From NCBI GenBank assembly GCA_048885525.1, contig JBHLLP010000004.1:59413-123412 (forward strand): DNA of 64,000 nucleotides, given 5' to 3'. The translations under genes were made by a program, and so were the position numbers. The stretch is from Candidatus Hermodarchaeota archaeon. Lineage in GTDB: Archaea > Asgardarchaeota > Lokiarchaeia > Sigyniarchaeales > SOKP01. The notes below the pieces were generated by a model, which saw only the letters and a list, made by a program, of their open reading frames with translations, was not told the origin of the DNA and searched no databases. Below are positions 19,156 to 28,792 of this stretch, piece by piece. Numbering within the stretch: position 1 is the stretch's first letter; each line of letters begins with the position of its first letter.

Positions 19156-20682
19156 ATGGCAATTAAAGTTGGAACTGTATTTAATTACTTACAATTACCG
19201 AATGTTTCTAAATTCCCTTTTGTAATACATAAAAGACAAGATGGCACTTATATCCAAAAAGGGTTGTTTGTTTATACAAAATCTAATGAAGGATTTCTGA
19301 TTGGTGTCATTGAAGAAATTATCTTACTAAATGAATATTTCAATGACGCTTTAACAATTAAGGCATACAATAACAATAATAATCCTAACATTATTAAAGG
19401 GCTTTTTCCAAGTAAAGATTTTGAATTTGCTATTGCGATTGTAAACTGTTTAGGATTAATTAAATTCAAGGATAAAGATGTAAAACAAATCGAGAGAGTA
19501 CAACGAATGAATTACCCTGCTAGTCCTGGAGAGGGAGTTTATATTATTGAAGAAGAAATTCTTCATAAATTTCTTGGATTTGATGCTGAATTCGGTTTAA
19601 ATTTAGGTTATGTGAAAGTAACAGGTTCAAATGCCGAGATCAACATGAATAGATTGTTAAATAAGCATTTTGCTATTCTTTCTATTTCAGGAGGTGGAAA
19701 AAGTTATCTTACGTCTATTCTTATTGAAGAACTATTATCAAGAAAAGAGGATTTTGGTACTCCGGCGATTATATTATTTGATGTTCATGGTGAATATATT
19801 TATTTAAAAGATATCCCTGAATTAAAAGACAAAGTGAAGATCCAAGATATTTCTTATTTTCAAATTGGGATACCTAATTTATCAGCTTATTCCTTTAAGA
19901 AATACCAAGAACAAATTTCATATGTTCAAATAAGAGAACTCTCAAAATATATAAAAAAGTTAAATAGGGATAAAAACAAAAAAAATAAATACACAATAAA
20001 CGACATAATTACACTGATTGAAAATGAATCTGATGGAATTAGGAGTACAAGAAAAGCGTTAATTGGCTGGTTATCAGAATTAGAACGATTAACTCTATTC
20101 GGACCTCAAGAAAATCCATTATTAAATAAAGTTGTTAATAAACAGCAAATTACTATTTTTAATTTTCAAAAAGAAATAAGTATTAGAAAAAAGCAAATTA
20201 TCGTCGATTATATTTGTTATAGACTCTTTAATCTCCGAAGAATGAATAAAATTCCTCCCTATCTATTAATTGTTGAAGAAGCTCATCAATTTTGTCCTGA
20301 AGCTGCCCATGCAGAGGCTATTTCAAAACATATTATTGAGACGATTGCTAGAGAGGGAAGAAAATTTATGGCTTGCTTATGTTTAATTAGTCAAAGACCA
20401 AAAAAATTAAGCAGCACTGCTTTATCACAATGTAATTCTAAAATGGTTTTAAATATAAAAAATCCATATGATTTGAAACATCTAATGGATAGCTCAGAAG
20501 CTATAACAAAAGAATATGCAAATATGATTTCAACTTTAGGAGTGGGAGAAATGTTGTTAATGGGAAATGCAGTAAATTATCCAGTATTTATTGATATAAG
20601 ACAGAGAAAGTTTAAATCAAAAAATGAAGAGATATCTTTAGCTCAATTTTGTTTAAATTGGCAAGATAAAGAATTAAATTAG
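19156..20682 (+). CDS. HerA/FtsK-superfamily ATPase (DUF87/HerA-like)
   Basis: KHFAIL-SISGGGKS, FDVHGEY, VEEAH.F.P, IAREGRKF, SQRP..LS...LSQCN. Confidence 0.88.
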   Translation: MAIKVGTVFNYLQLPNVSKFPFVIHKRQDGTYIQKGLFVYTKSNEGFLIGVIEEIILLNEYFNDALTIKAYNNNNNPNIIKGLFPSKDFEFAIAIVNCLGLIKFKDKDVKQIERVQRMNYPASPGEGVYIIEEEILHKFLGFDAEFGLNLGYVKVTGSNAEINMNRLLNKHFAILSISGGGKSYLTSILIEELLSRKEDFGTPAIILFDVHGEYIYLKDIPELKDKVKIQDISYFQIGIPNLSAYSFKKYQEQISYVQIRELSKYIKKLNRDKNKKNKYTINDIITLIENESDGIRSTRKALIGWLSELERLTLFGPQENPLLNKVVNKQQITIFNFQKEISIRKKQIIVDYICYRLFNLRRMNKIPPYLLIVEEAHQFCPEAAHAEAISKHIIETIAREGRKFMACLCLISQRPKKLSSTALSQCNSKMVLNIKNPYDLKHLMDSSEAITKEYANMISTLGVGEMLLMGNAVNYPVFIDIRQRKFKSKNEEISLAQFCLNWQDKELN

Positions 20683-20756
20683 ATTAACGATTACCATTCT
20701 TCTCATATAAGAATATTGTATATTAATGAACTCGTCAAGAACTCTAAATCCTCTTT

Positions 20757-21029
20757 TCAAAGTTGATTGAGTATATCTTCTCTTATAGTATTACCCTTTT
20801 TATTTAAAACAACCATTTTCTTATTTTTTGAGACGCGGAATACATTTATTATGGCCATACTCTCCAACTTTAAAAACAATTCTTCTAATATTAATGAATT
20901 TATAAAAGGAAATTCCTTTTTTAGCAGTTCCTCAAGTCTCTTATCTAAAATTTCTCCCTTATTTTTAATTAAAATATCAATAATAGAATTTATTATTGGT
21001 TTCTGATTCCAACGTGCAGCCTCGATAAT
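20757..21029 (-). CDS. Small winged-helix-like protein downstream of cdc48 (missed by the ORF track; non-ATG start)
   Basis: Manual translation IIEAARWNQKPIINSIIDILIKNKGEILDKRLEELLKKEFPFINSLILEELFLKLESMAIINVFRVSKNKKMVVLNKKG...QL*; co-oriented with cdc48; GGGTGA SD-like element just upstream. Confidence 0.6.
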   Translation of the reverse strand: MIEAARWNQKPIINSIIDILIKNKGEILDKRLEELLKKEFPFINSLILEELFLKLESMAIINVFRVSKNKKMVVLNKKGNTIREDILNQL

Positions 21030-21106
21030 AATTCACCCATTTTATAAATTAAGAAACAGAGATTTAATATTTAAAATACAAGTTTTTTTAATTAATTTTA
21101 TGAATT

Positions 21107-23350
21107 CTATACAAACAATCGATCTTCTTTAGATTCTTCAATTCTTCTACTTTTCAATTTTTCACCAAATTCTTCGTACCATTTTAATACTTCTTTAGTT
21201 AATGTTGGATTAACAATGTTCCTGGCTTCTTTAAAATGCTCTAATGATACTTTACGAGCTCTAATATTTTCTCTTAACGCTATCATGGCAGCTTCCCGAC
21301 ACCAAGTTTCAATATCTGCTCCAGAAAATCCTTCTATCATACTATTCAAATTCTCTAAAGATATGTTATTTGCTAACGGCATTTCTTTAGTAAATATTTT
21401 TAGAATTTCAAACCTCCCTTTTTCATTTGGAGCAGGTACTAATAATATCCGGTCAATCCTCCCTGGTCTTATCAATGCTGGATCTAAAATATCAGGACGA
21501 TTGGTAGCTGCAATAACAACAATATCTTTCATTACTTCTAAACCATCTAATTCTGTTAAAAATTGAGATAAAACTTTTTCTGTTACACCAGAATCCGATG
21601 TATATCTACCTCTACTAGGTGCAATTGAATCAAATTCATCAAAAAAGATAATACAAGGAGAAGCCATTTTGGCTTTACGGAAGATTTCTCTTATTGCCTT
21701 CTCAGATTCTCCAACCCATTTTGACAATAGCTCTGGACCTTTTATTGATATGAAATTTGCTTTACTTTCAGTTGCTACGGCTCTTGCTAGCAATGTCTTA
21801 CCGCAACCAGGTGGACCATAAAGTAGAATTCCTTTCGGAGGTGTAATTCCCATGCGAGCAAATATATTAGGATGTGATAACGGCCATTCTACAGCTTCAA
21901 TTAGTTTTTGTTTTAAATCATCTAAACCGCCTACTTGATTCCAAGGGACATTTGGTACTTCGACAAACACTTCCCTAATTCCAGAAGGTAGTATTTCTTT
22001 TAATGCTTCCTCAAAGTCTTCTTTAGTAACTTCTATTTGCTCTAATAATTCGGGATCAATTATTTCTGATTCTAAATCGATTTTTGGTAGATAACGACGT
22101 AATGCAGACATAGCAGCTTCTCTACAAACGGCTGAAATATCTGCTCCTACAAAACCATGAGTTATTTGCGAAAATTCTTTTAAAGAAATTGTTTTATCAA
22201 GTGGCATGTTTCTAGTGTGGATTTGAAATACTTCTCTCCTCCCTTTTTCATTGGGCACTTTTATTTCAATTTCACGATCAAATCGTCCTGGACGCCTTAA
22301 TGCAGGATCTAAACTATTTGGCCTGTTAGTAGCACCAATAACAATGACTTTACCCCTTCCATGCAAACCATCCATTAAAGCTAATAGCTGGGCAACAACT
22401 CTGCGTTCAACCTCTCCAGTTACAGTTTCTCTTTTTGGAGCAATTGCATCAATTTCATCTATAAAAATTATCGATGGGCTTTTTTCTTCTGCTTCAATGA
22501 AGATTTTTCGTAACTTTTTTTCAGATTCTCCATAGAATTTACTCATCACTTCTGGTCCATTTATTGAAATAAAATGTGCTTCACTTTCATTAGCTACTGC
22601 TCTAGCTAATAGAGTCTTTCCACAACCTGGGGGCCCTCTTAAAAGAACTCCTTTTGGTGGATCAATTCCTAAACGTTTAAATAAGGACGGATGTCTTAGA
22701 GGTAATTCTACCATTTCTCTAACTCGTTGAATCTCTTTATCTAAGCCACCTACATCTTCATAAGTTATATAATGAAGCCCTCTTTCTGCTTCTTCAGTAA
22801 CTTTATCACTAATATTTAGGATAGTCTCTTGTTTGATAATGCAAACCCCCTCAGGACGCATATTAATAACTTTAAATGTGATTTCTCTACTAATACCAAT
22901 GGAGATAAAAATGTAATCTTCAATTGTAATTGGGTAGTTATTCAATTTTCTTTTTACAAAACTCTCAAATCTAGGATTGTTCTTAATTGGAAAATTAGAT
23001 GGAGCTAACACAACATTTTGAGCAACTTCAGCTTTAACTTTTCGAATTTCAACCGTATCATCAATTCTTGTTCCAGTATTTTTTTGCAATCTGGAATCTA
23101 CACGTACAATTCCTAATCCATTATCTTGTGGATAGCTTGGCCATGCAATTCCAGCACTCTCTTTCTTACCATTAACAGAAATGACATCACCAGTTTGAAT
23201 TTGTAACTTTTCCATTGTTTTTGGATCAATCCTAATAATATTACGCCCTATGTCTCTTTTTTTAGCTTTTTGAACCCTTAAGGTTACGTTAGGCATATCT
23301 TCTTCTTCTTCTTTCTCCTTTTCATTATTACCTTTCGTTGACATGCTCAA
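21107..23350 (-). CDS. cdc48: Cdc48/VAT AAA+ ATPase
   Basis: N-domain plus two AAA modules (GPPGCGKT twice, IDEID/FDEFD, RPGR). Confidence 0.97.
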   Translation of the reverse strand: MSMSTKGNNEKEKEEEEDMPNVTLRVQKAKKRDIGRNIIRIDPKTMEKLQIQTGDVISVNGKKESAGIAWPSYPQDNGLGIVRVDSRLQKNTGTRIDDTVEIRKVKAEVAQNVVLAPSNFPIKNNPRFESFVKRKLNNYPITIEDYIFISIGISREITFKVINMRPEGVCIIKQETILNISDKVTEEAERGLHYITYEDVGGLDKEIQRVREMVELPLRHPSLFKRLGIDPPKGVLLRGPPGCGKTLLARAVANESEAHFISINGPEVMSKFYGESEKKLRKIFIEAEEKSPSIIFIDEIDAIAPKRETVTGEVERRVVAQLLALMDGLHGRGKVIVIGATNRPNSLDPALRRPGRFDREIEIKVPNEKGRREVFQIHTRNMPLDKTISLKEFSQITHGFVGADISAVCREAAMSALRRYLPKIDLESEIIDPELLEQIEVTKEDFEEALKEILPSGIREVFVEVPNVPWNQVGGLDDLKQKLIEAVEWPLSHPNIFARMGITPPKGILLYGPPGCGKTLLARAVATESKANFISIKGPELLSKWVGESEKAIREIFRKAKMASPCIIFFDEFDSIAPSRGRYTSDSGVTEKVLSQFLTELDGLEVMKDIVVIAATNRPDILDPALIRPGRIDRILLVPAPNEKGRFEILKIFTKEMPLANNISLENLNSMIEGFSGADIETWCREAAMIALRENIRARKVSLEHFKEARNIVNPTLTKEVLKWYEEFGEKLKSRRIEESKEDRLFV

Positions 23351-23442
23351 TCGATTTAAAACTAAATTTATATAGATAATATTAAGAAATATTAATCTCG
23401 TAAAAATTTTTGCTTTTATTTTTTAAAAGAGGTTTTTTATTT

Positions 23443-24492
23443 TTATTTAAAAAAATCGTCTAAGGAAACTTGAACTTTGGAATCATTTAATTTTCTCAAT
23501 CTTTCTAACGCATTCTGGACTCTTTGTTTTGAAAAGTTATGTTCTTCAATAAGTAATTCTTCTAATTTTTCAAAATCAATCTTTTTTGGCTTTGGAATTT
23601 TATAATTTTCATTTACATCAGGATAAAGAAATATTTCTCTAATTTGATCTATTAATTCTAAATCCAAAAAAATCTCCTTTCCTCCTATCATGACTTTATT
23701 TTTCAATATATTCTCTAAATTTTTGTATTTTTTAATCAAGTCCAATGCTGTTTTCTGACCAATACCTTTTATTCCTGGAAAAAAATCTGTTCCAATCAAT
23801 ATTCCCATATCAATCAGTTGCTCTCGGTTTATTCCAAGATTATTTAAAAATTTAGTTAATGAAACATATTCGATATCTAAAGTAACTGTTGTATCTTTTA
23901 CTTTCTTGCTTCGACTTATAGCAAAATTCCGAAGCAATCGTTCCCCTCCAAACAATAAAGTATCATAATCTTGAGAAGCACAGGCCCACGCATCATTATT
24001 TTCAACTAAATACGCAGATTGGGCTTCTCCTTCAGAATTAGCTTGAATTATTGGAATTCCCATATGCTCAATTAATTTTTTACTCTCTTCTATCATATCA
24101 GAATCAAGTTTTGAGGTAAATTGTGCAAATTTTTTAGCTTCTTGAAAATCCTCAGCATCCTGAGCTTTAAGCATTTTTTCCTTCGCCTCTTCTTTAACTT
24201 TTTTTCTTTCTTTAATTGTATCTAATTTTAGCTCAGACGGAGTACCATCAAAAACATAAATAGGTTTAATATTATGCTCTAAGAAATTTATAGTTCGATA
24301 AAAAAGTCCAGAAAGGTGTGATGTTACATTACCTTGAAAATCCTTCAAAGGGGTCCCATCTCTTTGGCGTATAATTGCTAAAAATTGATATATAGTATTA
24401 AATGCATCTATTGCTATACTTTTTTTAAAGAGATTTTCAAACGTAATTGTTCTTTTAACTTCATTTACTAATTCATTTATTTTAACGCCCAT
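23443..24492 (-). CDS. fen: Flap endonuclease 1
   Basis: MGVKI, IDAFN.IYQFL, TSHLSGLFYR, SEGEAQ, SQDYD, C-terminal PIP box QVSLDDFF. Confidence 0.97.
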   Translation of the reverse strand: MGVKINELVNEVKRTITFENLFKKSIAIDAFNTIYQFLAIIRQRDGTPLKDFQGNVTSHLSGLFYRTINFLEHNIKPIYVFDGTPSELKLDTIKERKKVKEEAKEKMLKAQDAEDFQEAKKFAQFTSKLDSDMIEESKKLIEHMGIPIIQANSEGEAQSAYLVENNDAWACASQDYDTLLFGGERLLRNFAISRSKKVKDTTVTLDIEYVSLTKFLNNLGINREQLIDMGILIGTDFFPGIKGIGQKTALDLIKKYKNLENILKNKVMIGGKEIFLDLELIDQIREIFLYPDVNENYKIPKPKKIDFEKLEELLIEEHNFSKQRVQNALERLRKLNDSKVQVSLDDFFK

Positions 24493-24571
24493 ATTTAATT
24501 TATTCCATAATTTCTATTCTATCTTTATATAGTTATGATACAACATATATAATTTCCACTAATATATTATA

Positions 24572-25123
24572 CTATTTTTTTGGTCGTCTTCTCAATTTCG
24601 AACCACACGTTTCACAAATTCTATTTAAATCTTCAGGATGATGAATAATTTTACATTGTGGGCAATAAACTTCCCAAATTATCGTCGATTCAATCCCTTC
24701 TTTATATAACGGGGAATAAGGAATAGATAACTCAGAGCATACATTCTCAATAGAGTAATCATTAGAGTAAATCGTTACATTCTTATTTGATTTTTCCATC
24801 AATTCTAGAGTTAATGCTATTAATTCTGTATCTACATCTGATAAAGCTTTGAAATTTCCTGTTTTTTTTGATGTTTCTTTTACCTTTTTGATGTATTCAT
24901 TTTCAGGTACTTTTATTTTTAATTTTTTAGTTTCAATTGCAACGTTTATTTTATTTAAAATATTTCTATTTTTTTCAATATATCTAGGATCTTTTACCTC
25001 ATCAATTATAGAAGGCGTTGTGTAAATTTCTCCTTGAATTACATTAACATCAATTCCGGTAAGGAAAATATTAGTATCAAAAATATATAGCGGAGCTTGT
25101 TCTTTCATATATCTAATCTTCAA
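24572..25123 (-). CDS. nob1: Nob1-like PIN endonuclease with zinc ribbon
   Basis: FDTN, T.P.I..E, LS.VD...IAL, NDYS..N, CPQC...CETCGS; ATG at 25108 likely start. Confidence 0.88.
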   Translation of the reverse strand: MKIRYMKEQAPLYIFDTNIFLTGIDVNVIQGEIYTTPSIIDEVKDPRYIEKNRNILNKINVAIETKKLKIKVPENEYIKKVKETSKKTGNFKALSDVDTELIALTLELMEKSNKNVTIYSNDYSIENVCSELSIPYSPLYKEGIESTIIWEVYCPQCKIIHHPEDLNRICETCGSKLRRRPKK

Positions 25124-25168
25124 TGATAAATAATAGGAAGATATTAATTTTTACATTATTATAATTTT

Positions 25169-26068
25169 TCATTCTTCAGGAGAATCATCAATAGGCACTC
25201 TTCTCACAGTACCAATAATTTTCTTTCTTAAGCGTGTATAATAACTTCCTTTAAACCGAATAAATTGATTTTGAGAATTTGCTTTACGAATTCTAATTTT
25301 GGTATTAGGTCCAATTCCTTTTATAATTTGTTGTCCATCTATTACGATCTTAGCGTCCAATCTTGGTCTTATAAGTTGAATCTCAACTTCAGAGTCAATG
25401 GGTATTATTATCGGTTTTAAACCAGATCCCGCGAAGCTATTTAAAGGAGTTATTTGTATAGTTTCCATATTAGGATTAACAATTGCTCCCCCCGCACTTA
25501 AATTATATGCAGTGGATCCCGTAGGTGTTGATACAATTACTCCATCTAAATAGCTACGATTCAGAAAAATACCATCAATTCTAATAGATATCTGGAGAAC
25601 TTTCGAACTTTTAGAAGATATTATTAAGACTTCGTTTAATGCATTACCTAACTTGATTTCTCCAGAATTTTTAACAATATAAGCTGTTATTTTAGAACAT
25701 GATTCTAATGTGTATTCTCCATTTAAAATCTTGGATAAATCTTTAAAAATACTAGTTCCATTTGATTCATCTAAGAATCCGATGGAACCAACATTTACTC
25801 CCAAAATGGGAGGAGGTTTACGTTGAGATAATCTATTCGCAACTCTTAATATCGATCCATCTCCGCCAACAATAACTATGAATTTTATATTCTCAGCGTT
25901 CATATCACCGAGATCCATACCATTATGCGGAAAAATCTTTGGAGCGATTCTAGTCTCTAAATAAACCACTTCCCCTTTTTGAACTAAGAATTCAAAAATT
26001 CTCCTAGTTAATTTTATAGCTCTTTCAGAATCCAACCTACAAGCTAAAGCAATTGGTTTTTTTTCCAT
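25169..26068 (-). CDS. nadK: NAD kinase
   Basis: GGDGS, GVN.G.IGFL, LNE, DG.IVSTPTGSTAYNLSAGG. Confidence 0.95.
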   Translation of the reverse strand: MEKKPIALACRLDSERAIKLTRRIFEFLVQKGEVVYLETRIAPKIFPHNGMDLGDMNAENIKFIVIVGGDGSILRVANRLSQRKPPPILGVNVGSIGFLDESNGTSIFKDLSKILNGEYTLESCSKITAYIVKNSGEIKLGNALNEVLIISSKSSKVLQISIRIDGIFLNRSYLDGVIVSTPTGSTAYNLSAGGAIVNPNMETIQITPLNSFAGSGLKPIIIPIDSEVEIQLIRPRLDAKIVIDGQQIIKGIGPNTKIRIRKANSQNQFIRFKGSYYTRLRKKIIGTVRRVPIDDSPEE

Positions 26069-26144
26069 GACCCTCTGATTTTCCCTTGAAATATTCCAAA
26101 AAAATAATGGATAATTAAATTAATAGTTGGCTTGATTTCTATAT

Positions 26145-26573
26145 TTAATTGCTGAAAACTCTATTTATAAGTGTTCTACCTGCCAATTGCCAATACTCTA
26201 CTTGTGCAGTTGATATTTTTTTAGGATCCGCTTGAAGTTCTTTTAATTTATTCTTTAATTCCTCATCTTGAGGCCAGGCAACATCAAATGATTCATATGA
26301 CTCTAAATTCATGATATTGATGGAGGATTCCTCAATAAAATTAATCTGAGCATTCCCTTTGACAATCTCGGGAATTTCAACCATATGACCACTTGGTATT
26401 GTGAGTGAGCGCTTATTATTATCAAACATCCCGACACAAACAACTCTGACTTTAGCATGACCATGTTTCCCACTTTTTGATCGCTCAGTGCTTTTAATGA
26501 TACATGGTTCTTCATCCACCATTATATATTGCCCAGTTTTTAATTTTTGTATCTCTGTTCTTCTAATAGACAA
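26145..26573 (-). CDS. eif5a: Translation factor aIF5A
   Basis: Hypusine loop SKSGKHGHAK; TTG start. Confidence 0.95.
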   Translation of the reverse strand: MSIRRTEIQKLKTGQYIMVDEEPCIIKSTERSKSGKHGHAKVRVVCVGMFDNNKRSLTIPSGHMVEIPEIVKGNAQINFIEESSINIMNLESYESFDVAWPQDEELKNKLKELQADPKKISTAQVEYWQLAGRTLINRVFSN

Positions 26574-26724
26574 TTTCTAATACACCTTAATTTATTTATT
26601 CTCATCCAAAATTTTTTAATTTTGATATTTCTTTTAATTTATAATATAATTATTTATTCAAAAAAAATTATTAGTTTTTAAGAACTTATTTAAGTAGGTT
26701 TAAAAAATCTAAAATTGCGTAGTA

Positions 26725-28098
26725 ATGGTATTAGAGAAATTAGGAAGGTCACTAGATACAGCTATTAGAAAGATTAGACGTCTTCCATCCGTGGATAAAG
26801 ATGCAATTAATGCTCTTATTCAAGAATTACAGAGAGCTTTACTAGGTTCAGATGTAAAAGTTGAACTCGTATTTGAAATGACGGAGAATATCCGAAAACA
26901 AGCTATGAATACTAAACTTCAGAAGGTGAGACGTAGAGATTTTGTAATTAAATTAGTACACGATGAACTTATTAACCTCCTAGGTGGAAAACCCACTCCA
27001 ATAAGAATAAAACATGGCAAAAAGAATGTAATTTTACTTGTTGGTATCCAAGGTTCGGGGAAAACTACTACAATAGCAAAATTGGCAAAATATTACAAAA
27101 GTAAAGGTTATAAAGTTGCTACATTGACAACTGATACTTGGCGCCCTGGAGCTTATGAACAATTAGTGCAGTTATCTGAACAAGTAGGTGTGAAATGTTA
27201 TGGAAATCCTAATGAAAAAAATGCTCTAAAAATTGCAATTCAAGAAACCAAAAAAGCGATAAATGATGGAAATGACATTATTATTACAGATACAGCTGGA
27301 CGGCATAAGGAAGAAAAAGAATTGATGAAAGAAATGGCAATTCTAGAACAGAAATTAAAACCAAACGAAATAATTCTTGTAATCGATGGAACTCTTGGTC
27401 AACAAGCATTCAATCAAGCAGAAGCTTTTGCTCAGACAACTAATTTGGGTTCTATTATTGTCACTAAATTAGATGGGACAGCTAAAGGTGGTGGTGCCTT
27501 GTCCGCTTGTGCAGCAGCTAATATTGGAATTAGATTCATAGGTGTAGGTGAAAAAATAGATGATTTTGAAGAATTTGAACCATCCACATTCGTAGGCACT
27601 TTACTGGGTATTCCTGATATTGAGTCATTGGTTCAAAAAGTTCAAGAAGCAGAAGTAGATCTTGAACCAGAAGTTGTCAGGCGGATGGTTCATGGGAAAT
27701 TTACTCTTGAAGATTTATATCTACAATTGAAAAGTATCAAAAAAGTAGGAAAATTTAAGCAGATATTAGCAATGATGGGTGGTGGGAATATTCCAGATGC
27801 TTTAAAGGAAGATGCTGAAGCAAACCTGGCAAAATGGGAAGTAGTTCTTAACTCTATGACAAAAGATGAAAAAGAGAATCCTAAAATTATTAAAAAAACT
27901 CGAAAAAGGCGAATTGCTATTGGAAGTGGAACAGAATACTCTATAATAAACAAAATGTTAGATCAATATAGTAGCATGAAAAAGTTCATGAAAAGATTTC
28001 TTCAAATGCAGAAAAAAGGTAAAGGTATGCCTGGAATACCCGGATTTCCCGGTGGAAAAGCTGCTGCTGATTTTATGAAGAAGTTAGGTAAATTTTAA
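26725..28098 (+). CDS. srp54: Signal recognition particle protein SRP54
   Basis: GIQGSGKTT, DTAGRH, TKLDGTAKGGG, M-domain SMT..E...RIA.GSG. Confidence 0.97.
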   Translation: MVLEKLGRSLDTAIRKIRRLPSVDKDAINALIQELQRALLGSDVKVELVFEMTENIRKQAMNTKLQKVRRRDFVIKLVHDELINLLGGKPTPIRIKHGKKNVILLVGIQGSGKTTTIAKLAKYYKSKGYKVATLTTDTWRPGAYEQLVQLSEQVGVKCYGNPNEKNALKIAIQETKKAINDGNDIIITDTAGRHKEEKELMKEMAILEQKLKPNEIILVIDGTLGQQAFNQAEAFAQTTNLGSIIVTKLDGTAKGGGALSACAAANIGIRFIGVGEKIDDFEEFEPSTFVGTLLGIPDIESLVQKVQEAEVDLEPEVVRRMVHGKFTLEDLYLQLKSIKKVGKFKQILAMMGGGNIPDALKEDAEANLAKWEVVLNSMTKDEKENPKIIKKTRKRRIAIGSGTEYSIINKMLDQYSSMKKFMKRFLQMQKKGKGMPGIPGFPGGKAAADFMKKLGKF

Positions 28099-28129
28099 AT
28101 TTTATTAATACCCACCATATCTGATTCCA

Positions 28130-28792
28130 TTGGTTAATTTCTTATTATTTATACAAAAAATTTCGCACTATTCTAAATATGATATTGATAGTGGAAAAAC
28201 TCCTTTAGAAATATATAAATTATGTTCATGCATAAGAGAAACCTTCTGTTTATCTTATGCAATAAGAAAAAATAATATTTTATATCTATATTTTCAAGAA
28301 GAGTTTATTTTAATCAAATTTGAAGGAAGTAATCTACGTTATCTAGGTCCTAATGAAAGATCTCTAGCCTTACTTTTACTGAAAGCTTTAAATAAAGCAA
28401 AAAATAGCCAGTCTAACTATAGGGATCAATGGGAGAAATCGACTCCAGGAATTTATGTTAGAACTTTCTTTGATATATTCTCTTTTATGGAGTTCCTTAC
28501 TTCAATTTTAAAGGGAACTAACTTTCTGATTGTAGATTATCAGCAAGTTGTTAAAGAAAAAGGCGAAAATTTCACTTTAAATAAAAATCTTAAAATTATT
28601 AAGGAGGATGATTTTTTTATTATTCCAACCTATATTATATCAAAACAAGATTCTAAAATTATAAAAAAATTCAAAGAACTGAAAAGTATAAAATTAATAT
28701 CTCTCTCAAAAATTAATGGTGTTGAGAATAAAATTCTCTATATTAATTTTTTAAAAGACCAACAAGCAATTCTCCGAATAACATTAAGATGA
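28130..28792 (+). CDS. trmY: TrmY-like SPOUT protein (tRNA pseudouridine-54 N1-methyltransferase family), divergent C-terminus
   Basis: LS..IR, F.G..LRYL.P.ERS...L.KAL, STPGIYV; follows srp54 as in many archaea. Confidence 0.65.
   Translation: MVNFLLFIQKISHYSKYDIDSGKTPLEIYKLCSCIRETFCLSYAIRKNNILYLYFQEEFILIKFEGSNLRYLGPNERSLALLLLKALNKAKNSQSNYRDQWEKSTPGIYVRTFFDIFSFMEFLTSILKGTNFLIVDYQQVVKEKGENFTLNKNLKIIKEDDFFIIPTYIISKQDSKIIKKFKELKSIKLISLSKINGVENKILYINFLKDQQAILRITLR

Noticed and set aside
20767-21006. Plus-strand 79-aa ORF from the track
   Set aside because: Antisense shadow of the minus-strand wHTH-like ORF; no motif
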